Below the pieces are notes generated by a model, which was not told the DNA's origin, searched no databases, and worked only from the letters and a program-made list of their open reading frames with translations. From Acidobacteriota bacterium (GTDB lineage: Bacteria; Acidobacteriota; Thermoanaerobaculia; UBA5066), in assembly GCA_016716715.1 (NCBI GenBank), contig JADJVE010000004.1, positions 325,140 through 389,139 of the forward strand: 64,000 bases of DNA, written 5' to 3'. The position numbers and the translations under genes were made by a program. This document shows, in pieces, positions 1-10,740 of the stretch; within the stretch, counting starts at the first letter, position 1, and the number at the start of each line of letters is the position of its first letter.

Positions 1-371
1 GCCTTCTTCTTACCGGCCACGGCGCCCTTCCGGGGGCCCTTCCGCGTGCGGGCGTTCGTGTGAGTGCGCTGGCCGCGGGTCGGGAGGTTGCGGCGGTGGC
101 GCAGGCCGCGATAGCAGCCGATCTCCATCAGGCGCTTGATGTTCTGCGTCGTGTCCTTGCGGAGGTCTCCCTCCACCGTGACGGAGTCCTGGATCGTCTT
201 GCGAATCCTCGACACCTCGTCCTCGGACAGATCCTTGACCCGGGTGTTGCGGTCCACCTTGGCGGTCACGAGGATCTTGTTCGAGACCGGGCGCCCGATC
301 CCGAAGATGTAGGTCAGGCCGATTTCGACGCGCTTGTTCGGGGGAAGGTCGACACCTGCGATACGTGCCAT
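1..371 (-). CDS. rpsM: 30S ribosomal protein S13, 3' end runs off the window start
   Basis: Reverse translation gives [27 protein letters not shown]...[14 protein letters not shown]. The ATG is at 369-371 on the minus strand and the stop lies upstream of position 1. Confidence 0.9.
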   Translation of the reverse strand, partial: MARIAGVDLPPNKRVEIGLTYIFGIGRPVSNKILVTAKVDRNTRVKDLSEDEVSRIRKTIQDSVTVEGDLRKDTTQNIKRLMEIGCYRGLRHRRNLPTRGQRTHTNARTRKGPRKGAVAGKKK

Positions 372-384
372 TCGTGGTTCCTCT

Positions 385-498
385 TCAGCCCTGACGCTGC
401 TTGTGCTTGACGTTCTCGCAGATGACCCTCACGACGCCGGCGCGACGGATCACCTTGCACTTGCTGCAGATTTTCTTGACGGACGTGCGAACTTTCAT
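385..498 (-). CDS. rpmJ: 50S ribosomal protein L36
   Basis: Hand translation gives [37 protein letters not shown] (37 aa). It is not in the ORF track because it is under 60 aa. Confidence 0.9.
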   Translation of the reverse strand: MKVRTSVKKICSKCKVIRRAGVVRVICENVKHKQRQG

Positions 499-511
499 GA
501 TTTTCCTCGGC

Positions 512-730
512 TCACTTGTACCGGTAGATGATGCGCCCGCGGGTCAGGTCGTACGGCGAGAGCTCGACGAGGACCTTGTCCCCCGGCAGGATGCGGATGA
601 AGTGTTTCCGCATCTTCCCGGAGATGTGCGCGAGCACCTGATGCTTGTTTTCCAACTCGACCTTGAACATCGCGTTCGGTAACGGTTCGATGACCGTTGC
701 GGTCACTTCGATGGCGTCTTCCTTCGACAT
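512..730 (-). CDS. infA: translation initiation factor IF-1
   Basis: 72 aa, [44 protein letters not shown]..., a canonical IF-1. Confidence 0.95.
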   Translation of the reverse strand: MSKEDAIEVTATVIEPLPNAMFKVELENKHQVLAHISGKMRKHFIRILPGDKVLVELSPYDLTRGRIIYRYK

Positions 731-740
731 GTTCCTCCGT

Positions 741-1565
741 CTACGCCTGGACCGCCACGGGCAGCGGGTACTCGTGGGCGCCGGGGGCTCCGGCGAGGAT
801 GGCTTCGGACGCGTAACGCCCGAAGCCGAGGACGACGGGGCCCCGGGCCGTCGCGACGACCGTGTGCTCGAAGTGGGCCGACGGCTGCCGGTCCTTCGTG
901 CGCACGGTCCACCCGTCCGGGTCCGTCGTGACGGCTGCGCCGCCGAGGTTGAACATGGGCTCGATCGCGAGCGTCATCCCCTCGCGGATGACCTCGCGCT
1001 TGCCGGCAGGGCCGTAGTTCGGGACCTGCGGCTCCTCGTGGAGCGCCGTCCCGATGCCGTGCCCGACGAACTCGCGCACGACGCCGTACTTCTGCTGCTT
1101 CGCCACGGCCTCGACGGCCGCGCCGATGTCTCCGATGCGGCCGCCGACACGGACGGCCTCGATCCCGGCCAGGAGCGCCGCGTGGGTCGTCTCGACGAGG
1201 GTCTTGACCGCGTCGGAGACGGGCTCGACCGCGATCGAGCGCGCCGCGTCGGCGTAGTAGCCCTCGACGATCGCGCCGAGGTCGAGGCCGACGACGTCGC
1301 CGGCCTTCAGAGCGCGGGTCGGCGACGGTATCCCGTGCACGACCTCGTCGTTGATCGAGATGCAGATCGTCTTCGGATAGCCGCGGTACCCGGGGAACGC
1401 CGCCTTGCCGCCGCGCGAGGCGATGCCCTGCGCCGCGATCCGGTCGATTTCCTCGGTCGTGACCCCGGGACGGCACGCGGCCGCGCACTCGGCGAGCGCC
1501 TCGTGGACGATGCGCGCGGCCCGCTCCATCTTGAGGATCTCGGACTTGCCCTTGCAGGTGATCAC
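741..1565 (-). CDS. map: methionine aminopeptidase type I
   Basis: The C-terminal 262-274 aa of ORF 741..2306 is clearly MAP (VHGIPS..., [11 protein letters not shown]). The GTG start at 1563-1565 overlaps the adk stop as GTGA; an alternative ATG lies at 1529. Confidence 0.85.
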   Translation of the reverse strand: MITCKGKSEILKMERAARIVHEALAECAAACRPGVTTEEIDRIAAQGIASRGGKAAFPGYRGYPKTICISINDEVVHGIPSPTRALKAGDVVGLDLGAIVEGYYADAARSIAVEPVSDAVKTLVETTHAALLAGIEAVRVGGRIGDIGAAVEAVAKQQKYGVVREFVGHGIGTALHEEPQVPNYGPAGKREVIREGMTLAIEPMFNLGGAAVTTDPDGWTVRTKDRQPSAHFEHTVVATARGPVVLGFGRYASEAILAGAPGAHEYPLPVAVQA

Positions 1566-2149
1566 GCCGCTCCCTGCCGGGATTTCCGGACGGCCGCGGC
1601 CACGTCGGCCGCGACGGTCTCGACGGCGCGGTCGCCGTCGATCGTGACGAGGAGGCCGGCCTTCCTGTAGAGGTCGGCGAGCGGAGCCGTCTTGTCGCGA
1701 TAGACCTTCAGGCGCTCGGCGATCGTCTCCTTCGTGTCGTCGGCGCGGCCCTCGAGGACCGCCCGCTTCAGAAGCCGGTCGACGAGCGTCGCGTCCGCGA
1801 CGTCGATGAAGAGGACGACGTCCACCCTGCCGCCCGCGTCCTTCAGGAGCGCGTCGAGCGACTGGGCCTGCGCAACCGTGCGGGGGTACCCGTCGAAGAT
1901 CGCCCCGCCGGCGGCGTCCTTCTCGGCGAGCCGCTCCTTCAGCATCTTCGTGACGAGGTCGTCGGGAACGAGCGCCCCGGACTCCATGATCGGCTTTGCG
2001 ATGGCGCCGAGCGCGGTCCCCTTGGCCACGTGGCTCCTCAGGAGGTCCCCCGTCGACACCTGGGGAACGCCCAGCGACGCCGCGAGACGCGACGCCTGGG
2101 TCCCCTTGCCCGATCCGGGAGGTCCGAAGAACACGATGGCGGACGGCAT
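1562..2149 (-). CDS. adk: adenylate kinase
   Basis: MPSAIVFFGPPGSGKGTQ (P-loop) ... 195 aa, the C-terminal part of ORF 1562..3283. ATG at 2147-2149. Confidence 0.9.
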   Translation of the reverse strand: MPSAIVFFGPPGSGKGTQASRLAASLGVPQVSTGDLLRSHVAKGTALGAIAKPIMESGALVPDDLVTKMLKERLAEKDAAGGAIFDGYPRTVAQAQSLDALLKDAGGRVDVVLFIDVADATLVDRLLKRAVLEGRADDTKETIAERLKVYRDKTAPLADLYRKAGLLVTIDGDRAVETVAADVAAAVRKSRQGAA

Positions 2150-2160
2150 GACTCTCTCTC

Positions 2161-3567
2161 TTATCCCCTGCGGCCGCGGATGCGGCCCTTCTTGAGGAAG
2201 CCGTCGTAATTGCGCATGACGAGCTGCGATTCGATCTGCTGGACGGTGTCCATCGCGACGCCCACCACGATGAGAAGCGACGTGCCGCCGAAGAAGAACG
2301 AGACACCGAGGCCCTGCGTCACGAAGTTCGGCAGGTGCGCGTCGAGCCAGGGGCCGATGCCCGGAATGCTCTGGACGCGGAAGCCCATCGTGAGGAACTC
2401 GGGGATGAGCGCGACGACGACGAGATAGACCGCTCCGATGAGCGTGATGCGCGTCAGGACGGAGTCGATGTAGTCCGACGTGGCCTTGCCGGGACGGATG
2501 CCCGGGATGAAGCCGCCGTACTTGCGCATGTTCTCGGCGGTGTCGTTCGGATTGAAGATGATCGAGATGTAGAAGTAGCAGAAAAAGATGATCCCCGCCG
2601 CGTAGAAGAGGTTGTAGAGGGGCTGCCCGTTGGCCAGCTGCTCGGCGATCTTCTTCATGAAGTCGCTCTTGAACGCGGAGGCGATGTACTGCGGGAACTG
2701 GAGAATCGAGATGGCGAAGATGATCGGGATGACGCCGCCCGTGTTCACGCGGAGCGGGAGGTACGTGTTCTGCCCGCCGAAGACCTTGCGGCCGACGACG
2801 CGCTTGGCGTACTGGACCGGGATGCGCCGCTGTGCGCGTTCCACGAAGACGATGGCCGCCACGACCGCCGCCATGAAGACCACCAGGAAGAGCGCCGTGA
2901 AGACGCTCATCGAGCCCCGGCGGATCTGGTCGATCGAGTTCAGAACGGCCGTCGGGAGGTTCGCGACGATGCCGGCGAAGATGATGAGCGAGATGCCGTT
3001 GCCGACGCCGCGCTCCGTGATCTGCTCGCCGAGCCACATGACGAACGCCGTGCCCGTGGTGAGCGTCAGGATCGCCATCAGGATGAAGCCGAGCTTGCCG
3101 GCCTCCGACCCGGGGTCGCGCACCGCGAGGTAGCGACCGCTGGGCGTCGTCTGGCTCCACAGCCACAGCGAGATGCCCGCGCCCTGGACGACCGAGAGGA
3201 CGACCGTGCCGTAGCGCGTGTACTGGGTGATCTTCCGGCGGCCCATCTCCCCTTCCTTCGAGAGCTTCTCGAGGTAGGGCCAAACGACCGTCAGGAGCTG
3301 CAGGATGATCGACGCCGTGATGTACGGCGCGATGCCCATCGCGAACACGGAGAGCCGGCGCAGCGCGCCGCCCGAGAACACGTCGAGGAAGCCGAGGATG
3401 CCTCCCGAGCTCGCCTTGAAGAACTCCTCCAGCGCCGTCGGGTCGAGACCCGGCGTCGGGATGTGCGAACCGATCCGGTAGATCGCGAGGAGGCCGAACG
3501 TAAAGAGGACGCGCTTCCTCAGGTCCGGGATCGCGAAGATGTTGCGGAACGACTCGAAGATCTTCAT
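2161..3567 (-). CDS. secY: preprotein translocase subunit SecY
   Basis: 468 aa polytopic membrane protein with a SecY signature. Confidence 0.95.
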   Translation of the reverse strand: MKIFESFRNIFAIPDLRKRVLFTFGLLAIYRIGSHIPTPGLDPTALEEFFKASSGGILGFLDVFSGGALRRLSVFAMGIAPYITASIILQLLTVVWPYLEKLSKEGEMGRRKITQYTRYGTVVLSVVQGAGISLWLWSQTTPSGRYLAVRDPGSEAGKLGFILMAILTLTTGTAFVMWLGEQITERGVGNGISLIIFAGIVANLPTAVLNSIDQIRRGSMSVFTALFLVVFMAAVVAAIVFVERAQRRIPVQYAKRVVGRKVFGGQNTYLPLRVNTGGVIPIIFAISILQFPQYIASAFKSDFMKKIAEQLANGQPLYNLFYAAGIIFFCYFYISIIFNPNDTAENMRKYGGFIPGIRPGKATSDYIDSVLTRITLIGAVYLVVVALIPEFLTMGFRVQSIPGIGPWLDAHLPNFVTQGLGVSFFFGGTSLLIVVGVAMDTVQQIESQLVMRNYDGFLKKGRIRGRRG

Positions 3568-4019
3568 TACGACGCGAGGACCTCGCAGCGTCCGCCGGCG
3601 GCCTCGATCTTCTTCTTGGCTCCGTCGGTGAACTTGTGAGCCGTCACGACGAGGCTCTTCTTGATCTCGCCCGTGCCGAGCACCTTGATGCCGCCCCGGC
3701 GCTTGACCGCTCCCGACTTGCGGAGCAGCTCGACCGTGACGTTCTCACCGGCCGCGAAGAGGCGCTCGAGCGATTCGACGCTCACCGTCGCCCATTCCTT
3801 GCGGAAGATGTTCGTGAAGCCGCGCTTCGGCATGCGGCGGTGGAGCGGCATCTGGCCACCTTCGTGGCCGCGGAGATGCGAGTAGCCCGCGCGGGAGTTC
3901 TGGCCCTTGTGGCCCTTACCCGACGTCTTGCCGAGGCCCGAGCCCGGGCCGCGGCCCACGCGCTTCTTGCTCGTGGTCGCGCCCTTGCGGGGTCCGAGGT
4001 TGTGCAGTCCGTGAGACAT
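3567..4019 (-). CDS. rplO: 50S ribosomal protein L15
   Basis: 150 aa, [40 protein letters not shown]. Confidence 0.95.
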   Translation of the reverse strand: MSHGLHNLGPRKGATTSKKRVGRGPGSGLGKTSGKGHKGQNSRAGYSHLRGHEGGQMPLHRRMPKRGFTNIFRKEWATVSVESLERLFAAGENVTVELLRKSGAVKRRGGIKVLGTGEIKKSLVVTAHKFTDGAKKKIEAAGGRCEVLAS

Positions 4020-4028
4020 GGCGTTCCT

Positions 4029-4250
4029 TTACGCTCCCTCGACGATTTCGACGAGGTGGCGGACCTTGTGAATCTGGCCGCGGAGGGCCGGGGTGTCCGG
4101 ACGGACGACTTCCTGCCGGATGCGGCGGAGGCCGAGGCCGAACAGGGTCTGCTTCTGGTCGACGGGCGCGCAGATGCCCGACTTCACCTGGCGGATCCGG
4201 AGAGTCGCCGCCTTCGCGGCTTTCTCTTTCTTCTTCTTCTCTTCAGCCAT
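4029..4250 (-). CDS. rpmD: 50S ribosomal protein L30, Lys-rich N-terminus
   Basis: 73 aa with the LFGLGLRRI...DTPALRG motif. Confidence 0.85.
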   Translation of the reverse strand: MAEEKKKKEKAAKAATLRIRQVKSGICAPVDQKQTLFGLGLRRIRQEVVRPDTPALRGQIHKVRHLVEIVEGA

Positions 4251-4891
4251 TAGACCTTCTCCGTGGCTTCCGTGGCCGGGGCCGCCGTGGCGGGCTCGGC
4301 CTGCTTCGCCTCGCCGTTGCCGATGCCGCGGGCCTTCGCGATCGTCTCCTCGAGCTGGAGGTGCAGGAGCGCGTCGAACGTGGCCTTCACGACGTTGTGG
4401 GGGTTCGTCGTCCCGAGCGACTTCGTGAGGATGTTCTGGACTCCGGCGGACTCGAGCACCGCGCGGACCGCTCCGCCCGCGATGACACCCGTGCCGTCGG
4501 AGGCCGGCTTGAGCATGACGCGGCCCGCGCCGTAGTGGCCGACGATCGGATGCGGGATCGTCTTGCCCTTGAGCGGGACCTTGATCATCTTCTTCTTGGC
4601 CATCTCGATCCCCTTCTTGATGGCCATGGGGACTTCCTTCGCCTTGCCGGCGCCGTAGCCGACGCGGCCGTGTCCGTCGCCGACGACGACGAGCGCCGAG
4701 AAGGAGAAGTTCTTGCCGCCCTTGACGACTTTCGTCACGCGGTTGATGTGCACGACGTGGTCGATGAGGTCGGCGCCCGCGCGGCCCTCACCGAGAGCGC
4801 CGGCCGGACGGGGCGGAGGGCCGCCGGGGCCGGAGCGGCCGCCGGGGCGGTTTCCACGCGGGGGACGGTTGACGGGGGCGTTGCTGCTCAA
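4250..4891 (-). CDS. rpsE: 30S ribosomal protein S5 with a Gly/Pro/Arg-rich N-terminal extension
   Basis: 213 aa. The S5 core is [29 protein letters not shown]... and the first ~45 aa are low complexity. Confidence 0.9.
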   Translation of the reverse strand: MSSNAPVNRPPRGNRPGGRSGPGGPPPRPAGALGEGRAGADLIDHVVHINRVTKVVKGGKNFSFSALVVVGDGHGRVGYGAGKAKEVPMAIKKGIEMAKKKMIKVPLKGKTIPHPIVGHYGAGRVMLKPASDGTGVIAGGAVRAVLESAGVQNILTKSLGTTNPHNVVKATFDALLHLQLEETIAKARGIGNGEAKQAEPATAAPATEATEKV

Positions 4892-5256
4892 AACTTCAAC
4901 CCCTTCTCGCGAGCGGCTTCCGCGAGCGCTTTCACGTTGCCGTGGTAGAGGTGGCCGCCACGGTCGAAGACGACCGCGGAAATGCCCTTCGCCTGGGCGC
5001 GCTCGGCAATGAGCGTACCCACCTTGACGGCGGCGTTCTTGTTGGCGGCGCTCTTGGCCTTGCCGCGGACGCCCTCCTCGCGGGAGGTCGCGTGCGCGAG
5101 CGTCTTGCCGGCGGCGTCGTCGATGATCTGGACGGAGATCCAGCGGAGGGTCTTGCTGACGGCGAGGCGAGGCCGTTCGGCCGTCCCCTTCACCTTCGTG
5201 CGAATGCGCGCGTGGATGCGCGTCCGCGCCTCGACCCGGCCTTTGGCCTTCTGCAT
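4888..5256 (-). CDS. rplR: 50S ribosomal protein L18
   Basis: 122 aa, a canonical L18. Confidence 0.9.
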   Translation of the reverse strand: MQKAKGRVEARTRIHARIRTKVKGTAERPRLAVSKTLRWISVQIIDDAAGKTLAHATSREEGVRGKAKSAANKNAAVKVGTLIAERAQAKGISAVVFDRGGHLYHGNVKALAEAAREKGLKF

Positions 5257-5266
5257 GGTCAGTTCC

Positions 5267-5824
5267 TCACTTGCCCGTGGCCTTGCCGGCCTTCTTCTTG
5301 AGGACCTCGCCGACGAAGCGGAAGCCCTTGAGCTTGTACGGGTCCGGCGGACGGATCCCGCGGATCTCGGTCGCCGTCTGGCCGACCTTCTGCTTGTCGA
5401 TGCCCGTCACGACGATGTGCGTGACGTCCTTGGCCTTCGCGTCCGGCGCGACGTTCACCGTGACGCCCTCGGGCATCGGGAACGTCACCTGGTGCGAGAA
5501 GCCGACGCTGAAGACGACGTTCTTCCCCTTGACCTCGGCCTTGAAGCCGATGCCCACGAGGTCGACCTCGCGCTTGAAGCCCTCGGTCACGCCGAGGACC
5601 GCATTCTGGACGAGAGCACGGTTCAGGCCATGGAGAGCCTTGTCCCGCTTCTCCTCGCCGCTGCGCACGAGGACGAGAGTCCCGTCCTTCTTCTCGACGA
5701 CGATCCCCGCGAGGATCGGCGCCGTCATGGAGCCCTTCGGCCCCTTCACGGTCACGGCCGAGGGGCCGACCTGGATGTCGACGCCCTTGGGCACGGTCAC
5801 CGGCTTTTTTCCGACTCGCGACAT
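5267..5824 (-). CDS. rplF: 50S ribosomal protein L6
   Basis: MSRVGKKPVTVPKGVDIQ..., 185 aa. ATG at 5822-5824 inside the longer ORF 5267..6067. Confidence 0.9.
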   Translation of the reverse strand: MSRVGKKPVTVPKGVDIQVGPSAVTVKGPKGSMTAPILAGIVVEKKDGTLVLVRSGEEKRDKALHGLNRALVQNAVLGVTEGFKREVDLVGIGFKAEVKGKNVVFSVGFSHQVTFPMPEGVTVNVAPDAKAKDVTHIVVTGIDKQKVGQTATEIRGIRPPDPYKLKGFRFVGEVLKKKAGKATGK

Positions 5825-5831
5825 GGCTTCC

Positions 5832-6230
5832 TCACCACACCGTGCAGACGACCTCGCCGCCGACGCCGCGCTTTTTCGCGTCGTTGCCGGAGAGGAGGCC
5901 CTGCGAAGTGGACACGATGGCGACTCCGAGTCCGCCGAGGACCTCGGGGAGCTCGTCCTTGCCCTTGTAGAGACGGCGGCCCGGCTTGCTGGACCGCGAG
6001 AGGCCGTGGATGACCGGGTTTCCCGTGTCGTCGTACTTGAGGTACAGACGAAGGAGGCTCCCGCCACGGTCGTCCATGACCTTGAAGTTCTTGATGTAAC
6101 CCTCGTCCTTGAGGATGCGGGCGAGCTCCACCTTGAAGCGCGACGACGGAACGTCGGCCTTCTCGTGGCGCGCGGAAATCGCGTTCCTCAGGCGGGTCAG
6201 GAGGTCGGAGACGGGATCAGTGACGTTCAT
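5832..6230 (-). CDS. rpsH: 30S ribosomal protein S8
   Basis: 132 aa, a canonical S8. Confidence 0.9.
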   Translation of the reverse strand: MNVTDPVSDLLTRLRNAISARHEKADVPSSRFKVELARILKDEGYIKNFKVMDDRGGSLLRLYLKYDDTGNPVIHGLSRSSKPGRRLYKGKDELPEVLGGLGVAIVSTSQGLLSGNDAKKRGVGGEVVCTVW

Positions 6231-6242
6231 CTCGCCTTCCTC

Positions 6243-6428
6243 CTACCACGACGCCTTCGTCACGCCCGGGATGTAACCGGCGAGCGCGAGATTGCGGAAA
6301 CAGATGCGGCACATGCCGAACTTGCGGAGAAAAGCCCGCGGACGTCCGCAGCGCGCGCAACGGTTGCGCTTGCGGATCGCGTACTTCAGCTTCGAGTTCG
6401 CCTTGATGATCGCGGCGCGACGAGCCAT
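6243..6428 (-). CDS. rpsN: 30S ribosomal protein S14 type Z (zinc-binding, 61 aa)
   Basis: [61 protein letters not shown] with a CxxC...CxxC zinc motif. Confidence 0.9.
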   Translation of the reverse strand: MARRAAIIKANSKLKYAIRKRNRCARCGRPRAFLRKFGMCRICFRNLALAGYIPGVTKASW

Positions 6429-6445
6429 TTCGGTCGCTCCTTGGC

Positions 6446-6988
6446 CTATCGCCCGAACGGCATGCCGAGTTCCCGAAGGAGAACCCGGGCCCGGTCGTCC
6501 GAGCCTGCCGTTGTGACGATGGTGACGTTGAGTCCCTTGGATTTGTCGATCTTGGTGGGGTCGATTTCGGGAAAGATCACATGGTCCTTCACGCCGAGGG
6601 TGTAGTTCCCGCGGCCGTCGAAGGCGCGCGTCGGCACGCCGCGAAAGTCGCGGACGCGCGGCAGCGCCACGTTCATGAGCCGGTCGAGAAACTCGTACAT
6701 CCGCTCCCCGCGCAGCGTGACGCGGCAGCCGATCGGCATGCCGGCGCGCAGCTTGAAGGTCGCGATGGACTTCTTCGCCTTCGTCACGACGGCGCGCTGG
6801 CCGGCGATCTTCGTGAGCTCCTCGGCGGCGGCGTCGACGAGCTTGGCGTTCGTGATCGCCTCGCCGATGCCCATGTTGAGGACGACCTTCTCCACCTTCG
6901 GGACCGCCATCGGGTTCTCGATGCCGAATTCCTTCTTGAGGACGGGGACGACCTCTTTCTTGTACTTCTCGGAAAGTCGCGCGGTCAT
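6446..6988 (-). CDS. rplE: 50S ribosomal protein L5
   Basis: 180 aa, a canonical L5. Confidence 0.95.
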   Translation of the reverse strand: MTARLSEKYKKEVVPVLKKEFGIENPMAVPKVEKVVLNMGIGEAITNAKLVDAAAEELTKIAGQRAVVTKAKKSIATFKLRAGMPIGCRVTLRGERMYEFLDRLMNVALPRVRDFRGVPTRAFDGRGNYTLGVKDHVIFPEIDPTKIDKSKGLNVTIVTTAGSDDRARVLLRELGMPFGR

Positions 6989-6991
6989 GGC

Positions 6992-7357
6992 TTACTCCCC
7001 CGCCGCCCGGAGCGTGCCGATCGTGGCGCCGCTCTTCTTGGCGTAGCGGACCCACTCGGCGCCCTCCTTGCGGATGCCGACGCGCGTCGGCTTGCCGCCC
7101 TCGGGGTCGACGAGCATGAGGTTCGAGATGGCGATCGGAGCCTCGCGCTCGAGGATGCCGCCCTTGATGTTCTTCTGGGGGTTCGCCCGCGTCGCGCGCT
7201 TGATCTTGTTCACGCCCTCGACGATGGCCCGGCCCTTGTCCGGGATGACCCGCAGGACCTTGCCCTGCGCGCCCCGGTCCTTGCCGGTGAGGACGACGAC
7301 GGTGTCGTCCTTGCGGATGCGGCGCTTGCCGCCGTACGTCGGCTGTTTCTTCTTCAT
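6992..7357 (-). CDS. rplX: 50S ribosomal protein L24
   Basis: 121 aa with the KOW motif [19 protein letters not shown]. Confidence 0.9.
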   Translation of the reverse strand: MKKKQPTYGGKRRIRKDDTVVVLTGKDRGAQGKVLRVIPDKGRAIVEGVNKIKRATRANPQKNIKGGILEREAPIAISNLMLVDPEGGKPTRVGIRKEGAEWVRYAKKSGATIGTLRAAGE

Positions 7358-7359
7358 GG

Positions 7360-7734
7360 TCAGATGACTTCCGGAGCCAGCGAGATGATCTTCATGAACT
7401 TCTTCTCGCGGAGCTCGCGCGCGACCGGCCCGAACACGCGGGTGCCGATCGGCTCTTTTTCGTTGTTGACGAGGACGGCCGCATTCGTGTCGAACTTGAT
7501 GTAGCTGCCGTCGCGGCGGCGGTGCTCGCGCACCGTGCGGACGATGACGGCCCTGACGACCTTCCCCTTCTTGACCGCGTCGGGCGCGTCCGGGTTCGAC
7601 TCCCTCACGGAGCAGGTGATGACGTCCCCGATGCGGCCGTAATCGCCGGTCGAGCCGCCCTGGACCTTGATGCAGGCCAGGCGACGCGCGCCGGAGTTGT
7701 CGGCGACCTCGAGGATCGTTCCCATCTGGATCAC
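7360..7734 (-). CDS. rplN: 50S ribosomal protein L14
   Basis: 124 aa, ...[14 protein letters not shown]... The GTG start overlaps the rpsQ stop. Confidence 0.9.
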   Translation of the reverse strand: MIQMGTILEVADNSGARRLACIKVQGGSTGDYGRIGDVITCSVRESNPDAPDAVKKGKVVRAVIVRTVREHRRRDGSYIKFDTNAAVLVNNEKEPIGTRVFGPVARELREKKFMKIISLAPEVI

Positions 7735-8111
7735 GACGCCCTCCCTTCCGCGGGCGCGTCGGTCCGCTTGACGGACTTCTTCGGCGCGCTGCCCGGGACC
7801 TCGGCCGTGTCGGCGACCTCGCCGTGGCCCTTCGTGACGATCGCGATGACGCGCCAGCGCTTCCTCGCGGACAGCGGGCGGGTCTCCTCGATCTGGACCG
7901 TGTCGCCCGGCTGGGACTTCAGCACACGGTCGTCCGCGAGGAAGCGCTCGGAGCGCTTCATGTAGCGGCCGTACCGCTCGTGCTTGACGAGGCGGGACAC
8001 CTCGACGACGACGGTCTTCTCCATCTTGTTCGAGACGACGGTTCCGGTCTTGCGCGAGCGCCGGGCGGGCGCGGCGTTGGCCGGAGAGCCGGGGGTCGGG
8101 GTGGTGCTCAT
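7731..8111 (-). CDS. rpsQ: 30S ribosomal protein S17 with N- and C-terminal extensions
   Basis: 126 aa. The core is [39 protein letters not shown]. Confidence 0.9.
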   Translation of the reverse strand: MSTTPTPGSPANAAPARRSRKTGTVVSNKMEKTVVVEVSRLVKHERYGRYMKRSERFLADDRVLKSQPGDTVQIEETRPLSARKRWRVIAIVTKGHGEVADTAEVPGSAPKKSVKRTDAPAEGRAS

Positions 8112-8126
8112 ACTCTGTTCTTCCTG

Positions 8127-8615
8127 CTACTTCTTCTTGCTCTTCTTGGCGGGAGCGGACTTGCTCTTCGCCGGAGCCGCCTTCTTGGCGGAGGCGCCGG
8201 AGGAGGAAGAAGAAGATTTCTTAGAAGGTGAATGGGCCTTCGCGGGAGTGGCCGTCTTCTTCTTGCTGGCCGCCGCGCGCTTCTTCGCGCCCTTGCCCGA
8301 CGCGGCGGCGTGAGCCTTGGGCTTCGCCGTGGCCGCGCTCTTCCCGCTCGAAGAAGTCTTCGTTCCCGTCTCTTCGGCTCCCTCGGTGTGCGCCGGCGCG
8401 ACTTCGTGCGCCGCCGCCGCCGCCACTTCCGCCGAGCCCATGTGGAGCGCGGTCTTGAGGCGGGCGATGTCCTTGCGGAGCTGCTTGATTTTCATCGGGT
8501 TCTCGAGCTGGCCCGTCGCCTTCTGGAGGCGGAGCGTGAAGAGAGACTGCGTCCACTCCTTCACCTTCGCGGCCTTCTCGTCGGGGGACCAGTCGAGCAT
8601 CGCCTGGATCTTCAT
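8127..8615 (-). CDS. rpmC: 50S ribosomal protein L29 fused to a ~100-aa Lys/Ala/Ser-rich C-terminal tail
   Basis: [57 protein letters not shown] is an L29 fold. The same frame then runs on uninterrupted into a histone-H1-like KA-rich tail, 162 aa in all. It is the C-terminal part of the spurious 765-aa ORF 8127..10424. Confidence 0.8.
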   Translation of the reverse strand: MKIQAMLDWSPDEKAAKVKEWTQSLFTLRLQKATGQLENPMKIKQLRKDIARLKTALHMGSAEVAAAAAHEVAPAHTEGAEETGTKTSSSGKSAATAKPKAHAAASGKGAKKRAAASKKKTATPAKAHSPSKKSSSSSSGASAKKAAPAKSKSAPAKKSKKK

Positions 8616-8617
8616 GC

Positions 8618-9043
8618 TCACCTCACCGCCGCGAGGAACGTGCGCGAGACGAAGCGGGTCGCGATCCCGATCTTGTCCGCCGCGAGCTTGAACGCCTCGC
8701 GCGCGGTCTTCTCGTCCACGCCTTCCATCTCGAACAGGATCCGGGCAGGCTTGACGACGCACACCCAGCCTTCGGGCGCGCCCTTGCCCTTGCCCATGCG
8801 GGTTTCGAGCGGCTTCTTCGTGATCGGCTTGTCGGGGAACACGCGGATCCACAGCTTCCCGCCGCGCTTGACGTGGCGCTGGACCGCGACGCGGCCCGCC
8901 TCGATCTGGCGCGCGGTGAGCCAGCCCGGCTCGAGCGCCTGCAGCCCGTACTCCCCGAAGGAGAGCTCGGACCCGCGGAGCGCCGTGCCGCGCATGCGGC
9001 CGCGCTGCTGTTTGCGGTACTTGACCTTGGACGGCATCAACAT
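8618..9043 (-). CDS. rplP: 50S ribosomal protein L16
   Basis: 141 aa, a canonical L16. Confidence 0.95.
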   Translation of the reverse strand: MLMPSKVKYRKQQRGRMRGTALRGSELSFGEYGLQALEPGWLTARQIEAGRVAVQRHVKRGGKLWIRVFPDKPITKKPLETRMGKGKGAPEGWVCVVKPARILFEMEGVDEKTAREAFKLAADKIGIATRFVSRTFLAAVR

Positions 9044-9055
9044 CGGCGTTCTTCC

Positions 9056-9703
9056 TTACGCAACCTTCCGGCGGCTCTTCGCGCGGTGCAGGTCGCCCTT
9101 GTAGATCCAGCACTTGACGCCGATCTTTCCGTACGTCGTCCGCGCCTCGGCGAACCCGTAGTCGATGTCGGCCTTGAGGGTGTGGAGCGGGAGGCGGCCC
9201 TCCTGGTACCACTCGGAGCGCGCGATCTCGGCGCCGTTGAGGCGCCCGCCGCACCGGATCTTGATTCCCTGCGCGCCGAAGCGGAAGGCGGACTCCATGC
9301 CCTTCTTCATCGCGCGGCGGAACGCGACGCGGCGCTCGAGCTGCATCGCGATGGACTCGGCCACGAGCTGCGCGTCCGTCTCGGGGCGCTGGATCTCGAT
9401 GATGTTCACGTGGATGTCCTTGCCGAGCCGCTGCTGCAGCCGGTCGCGGAGCTGATCCACGGACGCGCCCTTCTTCCCGATGATGACGCCGGGACGGGCG
9501 GTCATGATGTTGATCTTGAGCTTGTTTCCGCGCTCGATCTCCACCTCGGACACCGCGGCGTTCGCGAGGTCGCGCTTGAGCTCCTCGCGGAGCTTGATGT
9601 CGTCGTGGAGGAACTTGAGGTAGTCCTTCTCGGCGTACCAGCGCGAGTGCCAGGTCCGGTTGTAGCCGATGCGGAAACCGTAGGGGTGGACTTTCTGACC
9701 CAT
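9056..9703 (-). CDS. rpsC: 30S ribosomal protein S3
   Basis: 215 aa with a KH domain, [13 protein letters not shown]... Confidence 0.95.
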   Translation of the reverse strand: MGQKVHPYGFRIGYNRTWHSRWYAEKDYLKFLHDDIKLREELKRDLANAAVSEVEIERGNKLKINIMTARPGVIIGKKGASVDQLRDRLQQRLGKDIHVNIIEIQRPETDAQLVAESIAMQLERRVAFRRAMKKGMESAFRFGAQGIKIRCGGRLNGAEIARSEWYQEGRLPLHTLKADIDYGFAEARTTYGKIGVKCWIYKGDLHRAKSRRKVA

Positions 9704-9715
9704 CGTGTGCTCCCG

Positions 9716-10378
9716 TTACCCGGCCGATTCCGGCTTCGTCGGCTTCTTCGACTTCTTCTCGTTCCTCGGGTTCTTGTCCGAGGCGTGACTCACTTCGGCG
9801 GCTTCGACCCGCTCGGCCCTCTTCTCGTCGGACGCAACCTTCTTGTGCGCGCGCTCGACGGCGCGATCCTCTTTGCCGGGGCGATGCGCGGCTGCGGCGA
9901 CGGCGGCCGCGACGCGGCCCTGGCGCTTCTTGACGAGCGGCTTCGCCGCCTCGGCCTTGAGGCCCGCGGCCTTGCGCGCGACGGCCTCGTCGGAGAGGAC
10001 GACCGTGACGTGGCAGAACGGGCGCGGGACCAGCCACATGCGGCCCTGCGGGCCGGACATGAAGCGCGGGCGCGCGAACCGCTTCTTGTAGTTCGAGATC
10101 CTGCGGATCATCGCGTTGCGCTGCAGCGGCTTGCGGCCGGCCTCGTCGACGTGGATCTTCGAGACGACGAGCGCATCCGCGTCGACGCCCGACTCGTTCT
10201 GCTGGGCGTTTGCCAGCGCGGACTCCACGAGCTTCAGGAGATCGGACGAGCAGCCCTTGCGCGTCGTGCGCAGGGTCGCGAGGGCCTTCCCGACGGGCTT
10301 CATGCGGATGAGGTCCGCCACGAGGCGGATCTTCTGCGCGGAGCCGCGGTAGTGGCGGAGACGGGCGACGGATTCCAT
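9716..10378 (-). CDS. rplV: 50S ribosomal protein L22 with a ~90-aa charged C-terminal extension
   Basis: MESVARLRHYRGSAQKIRLVADLIRMKPVGKALATL... is an L22 core. ATG at 10376-10378. It is the C-terminal part of ORF 9716..11407. Confidence 0.85.
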   Translation of the reverse strand: MESVARLRHYRGSAQKIRLVADLIRMKPVGKALATLRTTRKGCSSDLLKLVESALANAQQNESGVDADALVVSKIHVDEAGRKPLQRNAMIRRISNYKKRFARPRFMSGPQGRMWLVPRPFCHVTVVLSDEAVARKAAGLKAEAAKPLVKKRQGRVAAAVAAAAHRPGKEDRAVERAHKKVASDEKRAERVEAAEVSHASDKNPRNEKKSKKPTKPESAG

Positions 10379-10389
10379 CGGTCCCCTCC

Positions 10390-10725
10390 TCAGGCCTTCG
10401 CCGCCGGCGCGGCGGCCGGTGCACCAGGCGCGCCCGGAGCGCCCGGCGTGGCGCCCTTCTCGATCTTGCGACCCGAGTGGCCCTTGAACGTGCGCGTGGG
10501 CGAGAACTCGCCGAGCTTGTGCCCGACCATGTTCTCGGAGATGTAGACGGGGATGAACTTCTTGCCGTTGTGGACGGCCAGCGTGTGGCCGACCATGTCG
10601 GGCAGGATCGTCGAGCGGCGCGACCAGGTCTTCAGGACGCGCTTTTCGCCCGCTGCGTTCATCGAGGCGATCTTTTCGAGGAGCGGCGCGTCGACGAACG
10701 GCCCCTTTTTCGTGGAACGAGACAT
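10390..10725 (-). CDS. rpsS: 30S ribosomal protein S19 with a Gly/Pro/Ala C-terminal tail
   Basis: 111 aa, ...[35 protein letters not shown]... Confidence 0.95.
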   Translation of the reverse strand: MSRSTKKGPFVDAPLLEKIASMNAAGEKRVLKTWSRRSTILPDMVGHTLAVHNGKKFIPVYISENMVGHKLGEFSPTRTFKGHSGRKIEKGATPGAPGAPGAPAAAPAAKA

Positions 10726-10740
10726 GTTTTCCCTCGTCTC

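Noticed and set aside
741-2306. 521-aa ORF extending map upstream
   Set aside because: The N-terminal 250 aa are out-of-frame read-through of adk. The true map start is GTG at 1565.
8127-10424. 765-aa minus ORF spanning L29 through L22
   Set aside because: Only the C-terminal 162 aa (L29) is real. Upstream it reads out of frame through rplP, rpsC and rplV.
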